Part shown: positions 1-9,665 of the stretch, in pieces
Layout of the letters: each line of letters opens with the position of its first letter
Numbering within the stretch: position 1 is the stretch's first letter
Origin: Alphaproteobacteria bacterium
GTDB lineage: Bacteria > Pseudomonadota > Alphaproteobacteria > MPNO01 > UBA830
Reading direction: 5' to 3'
Assembly: GCA_964291215.2 (NCBI GenBank)
Contig: OZ219791.1
Location: 800,001-864,000, forward strand
Length of the DNA stretch: 64,000 bases
Program-made: the position numbers and the translations under genes
Notes under the pieces: generated by a model
Seen by the model: only the letters and a program-made list of their open reading frames with translations
Told to the model about the DNA's origin: nothing
Database searches by the model: none

Positions 1-15
1 GGACGGCGACGGGGC

Positions 16-1623
16 ATGACGGCATATTGTGCGGCGGCCGGCGACCGGGCCGGTCCTGATGTCGAGACGATGCCGATGGGGCTGGGTGAAATTCTGAAAC
101 TTGCCGCGCAACGCGCGCCGCAGAAGCCGGCGGTGGTGGGTGACGGCCTCTCGGTGACATTTGCCGAGTACGACCGGCTGGCGAACCGGTTCGCGCATTT
201 CCTGATCTCGAACGGAGTTCGGAAGGGCGACCGCGTCGCCTGTATCCTGTTCAACGGCATCGAGTACGGGATCGTCCATTTCGGAAACGCGCGGGCGGGC
301 AGCGTGCTCGTGCACATATCGCCGATGTATGCCGCGCCGGAAATCCTGCGCATTATCAGGCGCACCAGGCCGCGCGTCATCGTGACCGACCAAATGCATG
401 CCGAGGCGATCGCCGAGGTTGCTGCCGGATCGGATCCTGTTGCTGCCGTCGTTGTCGTCGGGGATGACGGAGATGGCGGCGAGCCCGCCTTCCAGGCAGC
501 CCTCACCGGACAGCCGGAGGGCGAGCCCGGCGTGGAGATCGATTCCTCGGACCCGGTGGCGATGACGTTCACGGGCGGAACCACGGGAGAGCCGAAGGGT
601 GCCGTCGTAAGTCACGCTGCCCGCCGGGTGTCGGCCTGGACCACGGCGCTCGAGCACCGCGTGAACGGCGCGGATGTCGCTGGCGTCGTGACGCCGATGT
701 TTCACGCCGTCGGGCTGATGATCTGGTATCAGGCGACCGTGCTCGCCGGCTGCACATCGGTGATCATCAGGAAATGGAACGCGGGCGAGTTCATTGCGCA
801 GGTTGAGCGATACGGGATCTCGTCGGTGTTCCTGGTCCCGGTGCAGGTGCGGGACATCCTCGATTCGCCGGACTTCGACCCTCTGCGTCTGGCCTCACTC
901 CTGAATGTCGGCGTCGGCGGCGCACCGACGCCGGCGGGGCTGATCGCCGAATGCAGAGCGGCCCTTCCCCACTGCGACTACACCGACCATTACGGACAGT
1001 CCGAGACCGGGCCCCTGACCATTCTCAAGCCGTGGCAGGCTGATGCCCATCCGGGCTCCATCGGCCAGGCTGCGGCCGGGGTCGATCTTCGCATCGTCGA
1101 CGACGACGGCATGCCGGTTGCGGCAGGGGAGGTCGGCGAACTGATCGCGCGGGGACCGTTCATGATGGACGGGTATTTCGAGGACCGCGCCGAGACCGAA
1201 CGGTATTTCAGGAAGGGCAACGGATGGGGATGGTCCGGCGACCTGGCGGTGATGGACGAGAGTGGTTTCGTCACCCTGGTCGGGCGCTCCAAGGAGATGA
1301 TCATCTCCGGCGGGATCAACATCTATCCGAGGGAGGTAGAGCAGGTTCTCGAAGCGCGCCTCGACATCGCCGACTGCGTCGTGTTCGGGGTGCCGGACGA
1401 GCGCTGGGGAGAGGCGCTGGTCGCCTATGTGGTCAGGGCGCCTAGAGCGGACGTCTCGGAAGAGGATCTGGGCCAGTACTGCACGGAGCAATTGGCCCGC
1501 TACAAGCGGCCGCGCGAGATCTCGTTCGTCGAGAGCATTCCGAAGACGCCGTCGGGCAAGGTGCAGAAGCCGCTCCTCCGCGAAGCCTATCAGGAGGACC
1601 GGCGGCGCGCCGTCGAGACCTGA
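16..1623 (+). CDS. AMP-binding acyl-CoA synthetase (long-chain fatty acid-CoA ligase family)
   Basis: Adenylate-forming motifs FTGGTTGEPKG, YGQSE, GDLA, GRSKEMIISGGINIYPREVE and PKTPSGK; start could be the ATG at 70. Confidence 0.9.
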   Translation: MTAYCAAAGDRAGPDVETMPMGLGEILKLAAQRAPQKPAVVGDGLSVTFAEYDRLANRFAHFLISNGVRKGDRVACILFNGIEYGIVHFGNARAGSVLVHISPMYAAPEILRIIRRTRPRVIVTDQMHAEAIAEVAAGSDPVAAVVVVGDDGDGGEPAFQAALTGQPEGEPGVEIDSSDPVAMTFTGGTTGEPKGAVVSHAARRVSAWTTALEHRVNGADVAGVVTPMFHAVGLMIWYQATVLAGCTSVIIRKWNAGEFIAQVERYGISSVFLVPVQVRDILDSPDFDPLRLASLLNVGVGGAPTPAGLIAECRAALPHCDYTDHYGQSETGPLTILKPWQADAHPGSIGQAAAGVDLRIVDDDGMPVAAGEVGELIARGPFMMDGYFEDRAETERYFRKGNGWGWSGDLAVMDESGFVTLVGRSKEMIISGGINIYPREVEQVLEARLDIADCVVFGVPDERWGEALVAYVVRAPRADVSEEDLGQYCTEQLARYKRPREISFVESIPKTPSGKVQKPLLREAYQEDRRRAVET

Positions 1624-1755
1624 TCGCCGGACATCGGCGCGGTTTCCTGCGGCACCGCCGCAGATGCGGTTCCGGCTGTTCCAAAAAGTTGCGATGTCAA
1701 CTATATATGGCGCCTTCGCCTTGTTGCTCGACGCTGCCGCTTTACGAGACCGCCG

Positions 1756-3288
1756 TTGCAGAATTCACCGAACATCCTCCTGATCACATCGGACCAGCAT
1801 CGCTGGGACTGCTTTGGATTCGAAGGGCGCCGGATCCGTACGCCGCATCTCGACCGCATGGCCGCGAACGGCACACGGTTTTCTGCCGCGATCACGCCGA
1901 ACCTGGTGTGCCAGCCGGCCCGCGCATCTATTCTCACCGGGTTGTTGCCGCTGAGCCACGGCGTCTACGACAATCATGTGAGCCTTGACGCCCGGACGGG
2001 CGAACGAGGTTGGGCCGGGCGGCTTTCAGCCGCCGGTTACCGGAGTCATTTCATTGGCAAGGGGCATTTCGGCGAAGATCCGGCCGCCACCCCCCACGGT
2101 CCGCCAGAGAGCCGCACGGAATCCGCATCGTTTCCTGACGACTGGTCCGGCCCGTACATGGGATTCGAGACCGTGGAGATGATGATTCTGGGGCACTGGC
2201 ATGATCTGCTGCCCTGTGAAGAACCGCCGCGCGGTCAGCACTTCGAACGCTGGTTCTGGGGACACGGCGGGAACGGCGAGGCATGGAGGTTGTGGGCCGA
2301 GGATTTCGGGCCGAAGCCGGCGGCGGCCCAGACCTGGTTTTCCAGGTTGCCGGCCCTGTGGCATTCGACGACCTGGGTGACCGACCGCACGCTGGCCTTC
2401 CTCGACCGGCAGCAGGGCGAACCGCCGTTCTGCCTGTGGGCCTCCTATCCTGACCCGCATCATCCGTTCGACTGTCCCGAGCCGTGGAGTCGGCTGCATG
2501 GAGCCGATGACGTCGACATTTCCCGGACCCATCGGCGCGACCTCGATCGCCGGCCCTGGTGGCACCGCGAGGCGCTCGAACGCGAACCCCTGGGCAGGAC
2601 GGAACGGGCCCGCATCCTGCGGCGGGAATACAGCCGGATCGAGCCCCAGACGGACAGGCAGCTCGCCGAGATGACCGCCAACTACTATGGCGAGATATCG
2701 TTCGTCGACGATGGCGTCGGGCGCATCCTCGAACGCCTGCGCCTGCTTGGGCTCGACAGGGACACGTTGGTCGTGTTCACGACGGACCATGGCGATCTTC
2801 TCGGAGACCACGGTCTCTACCTCAAGGGCCCGACCCCCTATGAAGGCCTGCTCCGTGTCGGGATGATCATGGCCGGACCCAGTATCCCCGAAGGTCATGT
2901 CGTCGCGGACCCCGTCTCCACGCTGGACCTCGCTGCCACCTTCTACGATCTTGTGGGCATCGATCAGCCTGAGGACATCCAGAGCCGGTCGTTGCGCCCG
3001 GTGATTGCGGGCATGCATGGCCGCGATGTGGCCTACAGCGAATGGAACATGCATCCCAGCCGCACCGGGGTCGAGCTGCAACTCCGGACCGTCCGCACCG
3101 GATCCGCGAAGCTGACGCTCGACCTGATTTCCGGCGTCGGCGAAATGTATGATCTGAAAGACGATCCGGACGAGATGGAGAACCTGTTCGACGATACCGG
3201 CCATCGGCTGCTTCGGCGCCATCTCATGGAATTGATTCGCGCGCGCCCGGGCCCGATCCTCGACCAGTTCCCCGAACACCTCGAGTGA
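1756..3288 (+). CDS. Formylglycine-dependent sulfatase
   Basis: PNILLITSDQ, CQPAR (CxPxR), GKGH, DPHHP and TDHG motifs; TTG start. Confidence 0.88.
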   Translation: MQNSPNILLITSDQHRWDCFGFEGRRIRTPHLDRMAANGTRFSAAITPNLVCQPARASILTGLLPLSHGVYDNHVSLDARTGERGWAGRLSAAGYRSHFIGKGHFGEDPAATPHGPPESRTESASFPDDWSGPYMGFETVEMMILGHWHDLLPCEEPPRGQHFERWFWGHGGNGEAWRLWAEDFGPKPAAAQTWFSRLPALWHSTTWVTDRTLAFLDRQQGEPPFCLWASYPDPHHPFDCPEPWSRLHGADDVDISRTHRRDLDRRPWWHREALEREPLGRTERARILRREYSRIEPQTDRQLAEMTANYYGEISFVDDGVGRILERLRLLGLDRDTLVVFTTDHGDLLGDHGLYLKGPTPYEGLLRVGMIMAGPSIPEGHVVADPVSTLDLAATFYDLVGIDQPEDIQSRSLRPVIAGMHGRDVAYSEWNMHPSRTGVELQLRTVRTGSAKLTLDLISGVGEMYDLKDDPDEMENLFDDTGHRLLRRHLMELIRARPGPILDQFPEHLE

Positions 3289-3782
3289 GGCGCGCCTTGG
3301 CAGATCACCAACCGTCGACCGGGATCGAACCGTACAACCTCGGCGGCATTACGGGCTTCCGGATATCGCGGCTTTCCAACAGGCTCACGCGCTGGGCGGC
3401 CCGGGTCTATGACCGCGAGTTCGGGGTCAGCGTGCTGGAATGGAGGATCACGGCCTCGCTCGGGTTGCTTGGCCAGGCGACCGCCAGCGAAATTGCCGAC
3501 CTCGCCGTGCTCGACAAGAGCAACGTAAGCCGCACCGTTCGCCGGCTGCTCGAACGCGGGTTCGTCGAGCGGTCTGATCATCCGGACGACAGCCGCAAGA
3601 AGGTTCTCTCGCTGACCCCGGAAGGACGGGCCTTGCACGAACGCATCGCGCGGCGGTCACAAGAGCGCGAGACCCTGCTGTTCGAGGGTTGGAGCGAGGC
3701 CGATCGCGGGAAGTTCCTGTCTCTTGCCGAACGGCTGGACGCACGGGCCACAGAACTCGTCGAAAGCACACAGGGCCGGTAA
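3285..3782 (+). CDS. MarR family transcriptional regulator
   Basis: wHTH pattern DKSNVSRTVRRL...DDSRKKVLSLTPEG; overlaps the sulfatase stop (GTGA). Confidence 0.88.
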   Translation: MRRALADHQPSTGIEPYNLGGITGFRISRLSNRLTRWAARVYDREFGVSVLEWRITASLGLLGQATASEIADLAVLDKSNVSRTVRRLLERGFVERSDHPDDSRKKVLSLTPEGRALHERIARRSQERETLLFEGWSEADRGKFLSLAERLDARATELVESTQGR

Positions 3783-3833
3783 GGCGAGGCTCGGACTGCG
3801 GTCATGGTGCGGGCCGGATGACGAACGGCGACG

Positions 3834-5468
3834 TCAGGTCGTTACCGCTTCGATCTCGTGCGATTCGAGGTCGAAGGCGGCGGCCATGAGCGCCCGGGTG
3901 TAGTCCTCTCGGGGGGCCTCGAAGATCTCGGCGGCCGGTCCCTGCTCCACCACCCGGCCATCCTTCAGCACGATCAGTTCGTCGGCCAGGGCGCGCACCA
4001 CTTTCAGATCGTGGCTGATGAACAGATAGGCCAACCGATAGCGCTCCTGCAGGTCGGAAAGAAGTTCGATGATTTGTGCTTGGACCGAGACATCGAGCGC
4101 CGAGGTCGGCTCGTCGAGTACGACGAGCTTCGGTTTCAGGGCCATCGCCCGGGCGATGGCGATCCGCTGGCGCTGCCCTCCGGAGAATTCGTGCGGATAG
4201 CGGTCTTGGGTAACGGGGTCGAGCCCGACTTCGCGCAGGGTTTCTCCGATCACGCCACGCCGTGCCTCGTAGTCTTCGGCGACGAGGCTGTGGACCTGCA
4301 GACCCTCCTCGATGATCTGGCCGACGGACATCCGGGGCGAGAGCGAGGAGAATGGATCCTGGAACACGATCTGCATCTCGCGGCGCAGCGGACGCATGGC
4401 TTTCCAGCCGTTGGCGTCGATGCGCTGTCCGCGAAAGCTGATCGCGCCTTCGCTGCGTTCTAGCCGCAGGAGCCCCATAGCGAGCGTGGTCTTGCCGGAG
4501 CCCGACTCGCCAACGACCCCGATCGTCTGGCCCTCGCATATCCGGATGTCGACGCCGTCCACGGCCCGGACATGCCCGACCGTGCGCCGCAATATTCCCC
4601 TGCGGATCGGAAACCATATGCGCAGGCCGTCGGCCCGGATCACGTCCGGCGCCCCGTCGCGGGCAGGGGTCTGGCGCCGTTTCGGTTCGGAGGCGATCAG
4701 GTGGCGCGTGTAGGCGTGTTCCGGGCTCCCGAATATCCGCGCCGTGCCGCCGGTCTCGACGATTTCGCCGTCGGTCATCACGCAGACGCGGTCGGCGGTT
4801 TTCCGGACGATGCCGAGGTCATGCGTGATCAGGAGCATCGACATTCCGCGCTCGCGCTGGAGGCGCCGCAGCAGCGCCAGGATCTGGGCTTGGATGGTCA
4901 CGTCGAGCGCCGTCGTCGGCTCGTCGGCGATGAGCAGATCGGGATCGTTGGCCAGCGCCATCGCGATCATGACGCGCTGGCGCTGGCCGCCGGAGAGTTG
5001 GTGGGGATAGGAACGCAGCCGGGTCTCGGCATCGGGAAGGCCGACCTCTTCGAGAAGTTCCACGATACGGTCCCGCGCCGAGGTCCTGCCGAGCTTCTTG
5101 TGAACCGCGAGGATCTCGCCGACCTGCTTTTCGATGGTGTGCAGCGGGTTGAGCGAACTCAGCGGCTCCTGAAAGATGATCGCGACCCGGTTGCCGCGTA
5201 TCTCGCGCATCCGCGAAGCCGGGGCGCCTACGATCTCTTCGTCCTCGAGCCTGACCGAACCCGAGGGATGATGCGCCGTCGGATAGGGCAGAAGTTGAAG
5301 CAGCGAGAGCGCGGTCACCGTTTTTCCCGAACCCGACTCGCCGACCAGGGCCACTGTCTCTCCCTTGCCGATGTCGAAGGAGATATGCCGCACTGCGCGC
5401 ACCTCGTTGCCCCCGTGTCCGAACGATACCGACAGGTCGTCCACCTCGACGAGGGCGCGGTCAGTCAC
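3834..5468 (-). CDS. yejF: Peptide/microcin C ABC transporter, duplicated ATPase
   Basis: Two GESGSGKT Walker A motifs, SGGQRQR signatures, operon position. Confidence 0.88.
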   Translation of the reverse strand: MTDRALVEVDDLSVSFGHGGNEVRAVRHISFDIGKGETVALVGESGSGKTVTALSLLQLLPYPTAHHPSGSVRLEDEEIVGAPASRMREIRGNRVAIIFQEPLSSLNPLHTIEKQVGEILAVHKKLGRTSARDRIVELLEEVGLPDAETRLRSYPHQLSGGQRQRVMIAMALANDPDLLIADEPTTALDVTIQAQILALLRRLQRERGMSMLLITHDLGIVRKTADRVCVMTDGEIVETGGTARIFGSPEHAYTRHLIASEPKRRQTPARDGAPDVIRADGLRIWFPIRRGILRRTVGHVRAVDGVDIRICEGQTIGVVGESGSGKTTLAMGLLRLERSEGAISFRGQRIDANGWKAMRPLRREMQIVFQDPFSSLSPRMSVGQIIEEGLQVHSLVAEDYEARRGVIGETLREVGLDPVTQDRYPHEFSGGQRQRIAIARAMALKPKLVVLDEPTSALDVSVQAQIIELLSDLQERYRLAYLFISHDLKVVRALADELIVLKDGRVVEQGPAAEIFEAPREDYTRALMAAAFDLESHEIEAVTT

Positions 5469-6552
5469 CGAACGTCTTCCTCGGATCGAATACGTCGCGC
5501 ACGGCTTCGCCGACGAAGATCAGCAGCATGAGGGTAAGTGAGATGCTGACCGTGGAAGTCAGGCCCAGCCATGGCGCCTGCAGGTTGGACTTCCCCTGCT
5601 GCAGCAGCTCGCCAAGTGAAGGCGCGCCGGGCGGCATGCCGAGCCCTAGGAAGTCGAGTGCCGTCAGGCTGGTGATCGAGCCGGTGAGGATCAGCGGCAG
5701 AAAGGTCAGGGTCGCCACCATCGCGTTCGGAAGAACGTGGCGGTACATGATGGCGGCATTGCTCACACCGAGCGCGCGGGCGGCCTTGACGAATTCGAAG
5801 TTCCGCGCCCGCAGGAACTCGGCCCGGACCACTCCGACCAGCGCCGTCCAGCCGAACAGCAGCAGGATCAGGAGCAAGGTCCAGAAGCCGGGAATGATCA
5901 CGCTGGAAAGGATGATCAGGATGTAGAGCTGCGGCAGCCCGCCCCAGATCTCGATGAAGCGCTGAAAGAAGAGATCGAGCCGGCCACCGAAATAACCCTG
6001 GACGGCGCCGGCGGTGACGCCGATGGCGGACCCCAGCGCCGTCAGGATCAGGCCGAACAGGACCGACAGGCGAAAGCCGTAGATCACGCGGGCAAGAACA
6101 TCCCGGCCCTGGTCGTCGGTGCCAAGCACGTTGTCCGCCGAGGGCGGCGCCGGCGCGGGCACGCGCAGATTGAGGTTCACGGTGTTGTGGCTGTAGGCGA
6201 TCAGCGGCCAGACCGTCCAGCCGCCCTTTCCCGCAATCAGTTCCTGTACCTCGGGCTCCCGGTATTCGGCCTCGGTCTCGAACACGCCGCCGAATTCGGT
6301 CTCGGGATAGGTCTGGAGCACCGGCAGGTAGAGCCTGCCATCATACCAGACCACGAGCGGGCGGTCATTGGCGATGAATTCGGCGGGCAGTGTCAGGATG
6401 AACAGGGCGAGGAATATCCAGAGCGACCAGAAGCCTCGTCGGTTGCGGCGGAAATTCTGAAGGCGCCGCCGGTTCAGCGGAGACAGGCCGATGCCAAACA
6501 GGCGACGGCCGGTCCGGTGCGGCCACACGGATGTGGACGGCGCGCTAGACAT
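5461..6552 (-). CDS. yejE: Peptide ABC transporter permease
   Basis: GTDDQGRDVLARVIYGFR; EFLRARNFEFVKAARALG (EAA loop). Confidence 0.88.
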   Translation of the reverse strand: MSSAPSTSVWPHRTGRRLFGIGLSPLNRRRLQNFRRNRRGFWSLWIFLALFILTLPAEFIANDRPLVVWYDGRLYLPVLQTYPETEFGGVFETEAEYREPEVQELIAGKGGWTVWPLIAYSHNTVNLNLRVPAPAPPSADNVLGTDDQGRDVLARVIYGFRLSVLFGLILTALGSAIGVTAGAVQGYFGGRLDLFFQRFIEIWGGLPQLYILIILSSVIIPGFWTLLLILLLFGWTALVGVVRAEFLRARNFEFVKAARALGVSNAAIMYRHVLPNAMVATLTFLPLILTGSITSLTALDFLGLGMPPGAPSLGELLQQGKSNLQAPWLGLTSTVSISLTLMLLIFVGEAVRDVFDPRKTFGD

Positions 6553-7654
6553 TGCGACTCTCGAAATCGATGCGCGGATCGATAATGGTATAGGTCAGGT
6601 CGCCGATCAGGTTCATCACCAGTCCGAGCAGCGTGAAGAAATAGACCGTGGCGAACATGATCGGATAGTCGCGCTTGATCGCCGCCTCGAAGCCCAGAAG
6701 GCCGAGCCCGTCGAGGGAGAAGATGATCTCGATCAGCATGGCGCCGGTGAACAGGATGCCGACGAACGCCGACGGGAAGCCGGCAATGACGATCAGCATG
6801 GCGTTGCGGAACACGTGGCCGTAAAGCACCCGCCGTTCGGTCAGTCCCTTGGCGCGCGCCGTCTGCACGTAGAGCATGTTGACCTGGTCGAGGTAGGAGT
6901 TCTTGGTCAGCATCGTTAGCGACAGGAACCCGCCAAGAACAAGGGCCGTGACCGGCAGGACAAGATGCCAGAGATAGTCGACGACCTTGGCGGCCAGCGA
7001 AAGCTCGTGAAAGTTCTCTGACGTAAGTCCGCGAAGCGGGAACCAGTCGAGGAACGTGCCGCCGGCAAAGAACATGATCAGCACGATCGCAAGCACGAAT
7101 GACGGGATGGCGAAACCGACCGTCAGCACCGTCGTGGTCCAGGCGTCGAACCGTGTGCCGTCGAGGACGGCCTTTCGGATGCCGAGCGGAATGCAGACCA
7201 GGTAGACAAGCAGCGTGGTCCACAACCCGAGCGAGATCGAGACCGGCATCTTCGACAGCACGAGATCGACCACGGTCTCGTCGCGGAAATAGCTGGTGCC
7301 GAAATCGAAGCGGATGAAGTTGCCCATCATGAGCAGGAACCGCTCGTGCAACGGCTTGTCAAAGCCGAACTGCTGCTCGAGTTCCCTGATGAAATCGGGA
7401 TCGAGGCCCTGGGCGCCGCGGTAGCCGCTGTCCGCTGCCGGCTCTCCCGAGACGGCCGCCGTCGCGGCGCTCGACACCTCGCTGCCGGATCCGCTTATGC
7501 GTCCGGTGGTGCCGCTGTCGATGCCTGTAAGCTCTGCGATTATCTGTTCGATCGGTCCGCCGGGCGCGAGCTGCACTACCGCGAAATTGATGATCATAAT
7601 CCCGATCAGCGTCGGAACCATGAGCAGCAGACGGCGCACGATGTAGGCAAGCAT
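6545..7654 (-). CDS. yejB: Peptide ABC transporter permease
   Basis: MLAYIVRRLLLMVPTL, YRGAQGLDPDFI, TARAKGL. Confidence 0.9.
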   Translation of the reverse strand: MLAYIVRRLLLMVPTLIGIMIINFAVVQLAPGGPIEQIIAELTGIDSGTTGRISGSGSEVSSAATAAVSGEPAADSGYRGAQGLDPDFIRELEQQFGFDKPLHERFLLMMGNFIRFDFGTSYFRDETVVDLVLSKMPVSISLGLWTTLLVYLVCIPLGIRKAVLDGTRFDAWTTTVLTVGFAIPSFVLAIVLIMFFAGGTFLDWFPLRGLTSENFHELSLAAKVVDYLWHLVLPVTALVLGGFLSLTMLTKNSYLDQVNMLYVQTARAKGLTERRVLYGHVFRNAMLIVIAGFPSAFVGILFTGAMLIEIIFSLDGLGLLGFEAAIKRDYPIMFATVYFFTLLGLVMNLIGDLTYTIIDPRIDFESRNV

Positions 7655-7674
7655 GCGTCAGTGGTCGGGGAGAG

Positions 7675-9549
7675 TCACGGCGGCGGCAGCGCGCCGGGCG
7701 GTTTCGGCGGCGCCGCGCCGCGCGCGATCATCCGGGCCTTGGCGGGGTCACGCCACCAGGTGTCGAGCACCCCCATGCCGCTGTCGAAACCTGGTGCGAT
7801 TGCGGGACGGCCGAACTTGTTCCAGTAGGCGAAGTTGTGCCGGTCGTTGTACCACTGGGTCACGACATAGCGGTTCCACATCAGCGCTCGATCGAGGGCG
7901 CGGATCGCCGTCACGAGTTCCTTCCGGGTTGCGGCCGCGATTGCCGTCTCGATCAGCGCGTCGACGGCCGGATCCCTTATACCGCCGATGTTGAGGGACC
8001 CCTCGACGCTGGCGGCCGCAGAGCCGAAATAGCTGCGCTGCTCGAGACCCGGCGTCAGCGGCTGGAGGAGGCGGTGGACGACGACATCGAAGTCGAACGT
8101 GTCCTGACGCCGCTTGAAATTCGCGACATCGACGATGCGGATCGTGGCCTGGATGCCGAGGCGCTTGAGATTGGCGATGTAGGGATTGATGATGCGGGTG
8201 AAGGTCGTCTCGTAGAGGAGAAACTCGATGGTGAGCGGCCGGTCGTCGCCGTCGTGCAGTACGCCGTCCCTGATCCTGTATCCGGCCTCCTTCAGCAGAC
8301 GTGCCGCCTTCCTGAGGTTGGTGCGGGTGTTTCCCGAACCGTCGGTGACGGGTGCGCGAAAGGGCGTCGTGAAAACCTCGTCCGGCACCTTGCCGCGAAA
8401 CGGCTCGAGGAGTGCGAGTTCGGCTTCGGACGGCGGCTGCCGCGCAGCCATGCCCGAGTTCTCGAACATCGAGTTGGTGCGCTTGTAGAGGCCGAAGAAC
8501 AGCGTCCGATTGGTCCATTCGAAATCGAACGCGAGATCGAGCGCTTGGCGGACGCGGATATCGCCAAATTTGAACCGGCGCAGGTTCAGAATGAAGGCCT
8601 GGGTGCCCGACGGCGTATTGTCGGGCAGCGTCTCGCGAACGATCAGGCCCTTGCGGACCGGCGGCTTGCCGTACTGGGTGGCCCATTGCCGCGAGGTGAA
8701 TTCCATGCGGAAGTCGTATTGTTGCGAGAAGAAGGCTTGGAAGGCGACTTCGCGATCCCGGTAGTAGTCGACGATGATCCTGTCGAAGTTGTACCGCCCG
8801 CGATTCACGGGGAGATCGCGCGCCCAATAGTCCGGGACGCGCACATAGGCGACAGAGCGGCCCGGCTCGAGGCGGTCGATCCGGTAGGGGCCGCTCGAGA
8901 GCGGTGCATCGAACGTCGTCCGGTCGAAGGCATGCCGGCTGTAATAGGCCTTCGACAGGACCGGGAGCAGCGCGAGCCTCGTCGGGAGATCGCGGTGGCG
9001 GCCCGGCCTGAAGACGAAGCGCACGCGCAGCGGCGCCGTGACCTCGGCGTGCGCCACGTCGCGGTAGAGCGTGCGGTAGCGGGGGTGCCCCTTGGTGCGC
9101 AGGATGTCGAACGTGAACGCGATGTCCTTGGCGGTCACGGCCGAACCGTCGTTGAAGCGGGCCGACGGATCGATGTTGAACGCGACCCACCGGCCGTCGT
9201 CGGGGAGCTCCACCGTCCTCGCGACCAGCCCGTAGAGGGCATCGGGCTCGTCATAGGCGCGCGTCATCAGCGTATCGAAGAGTAACTGCTCCGCGAACAC
9301 CTCTTCCCGCCCCTTCAGGATGAAGGGGTTGACGGTCTCGAAAGTGTCGAGGCCGGCGACCCTGATCTCTCCGCCCTTCGGCGCGGCCGGGTCGGCATAC
9401 GCGAAATGCCGGAAACCGGGCGGGTACTTCAGGCTGCCGAATACGCTGAGGCCATGCCGCGGAGCCGGGCCGTCCGCGGCGGCCGGCGCCGTGACCGCTG
9501 CAGCGGCGATGAGCAAGCAGGCGAGGAAAGCTGTCGGTCGAAGTCTCAT
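7675..9549 (-). CDS. yejA: Peptide ABC transporter substrate-binding protein (family 5)
   Basis: Signal peptide MRLRPTAFLACLLIAAAAVTAPAAA; KYPPGFRHFAYADPAAPKGG; start reassigned from the 757-aa ORF. Confidence 0.85.
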   Translation of the reverse strand: MRLRPTAFLACLLIAAAAVTAPAAADGPAPRHGLSVFGSLKYPPGFRHFAYADPAAPKGGEIRVAGLDTFETVNPFILKGREEVFAEQLLFDTLMTRAYDEPDALYGLVARTVELPDDGRWVAFNIDPSARFNDGSAVTAKDIAFTFDILRTKGHPRYRTLYRDVAHAEVTAPLRVRFVFRPGRHRDLPTRLALLPVLSKAYYSRHAFDRTTFDAPLSSGPYRIDRLEPGRSVAYVRVPDYWARDLPVNRGRYNFDRIIVDYYRDREVAFQAFFSQQYDFRMEFTSRQWATQYGKPPVRKGLIVRETLPDNTPSGTQAFILNLRRFKFGDIRVRQALDLAFDFEWTNRTLFFGLYKRTNSMFENSGMAARQPPSEAELALLEPFRGKVPDEVFTTPFRAPVTDGSGNTRTNLRKAARLLKEAGYRIRDGVLHDGDDRPLTIEFLLYETTFTRIINPYIANLKRLGIQATIRIVDVANFKRRQDTFDFDVVVHRLLQPLTPGLEQRSYFGSAAASVEGSLNIGGIRDPAVDALIETAIAAATRKELVTAIRALDRALMWNRYVVTQWYNDRHNFAYWNKFGRPAIAPGFDSGMGVLDTWWRDPAKARMIARGAAPPKPPGALPPP

Positions 9550-9665
9550 GCCGGGCGGGTCTTCGATCTGGTCCGGGGCGCGCCGGCCAGCGCGCCGGGC
9601 TGGTTCCATCCTAGTCGCAACCGTGTCCGAAGTCACAGCCATGCGTGGCATGCCGGTGCCTCGAT

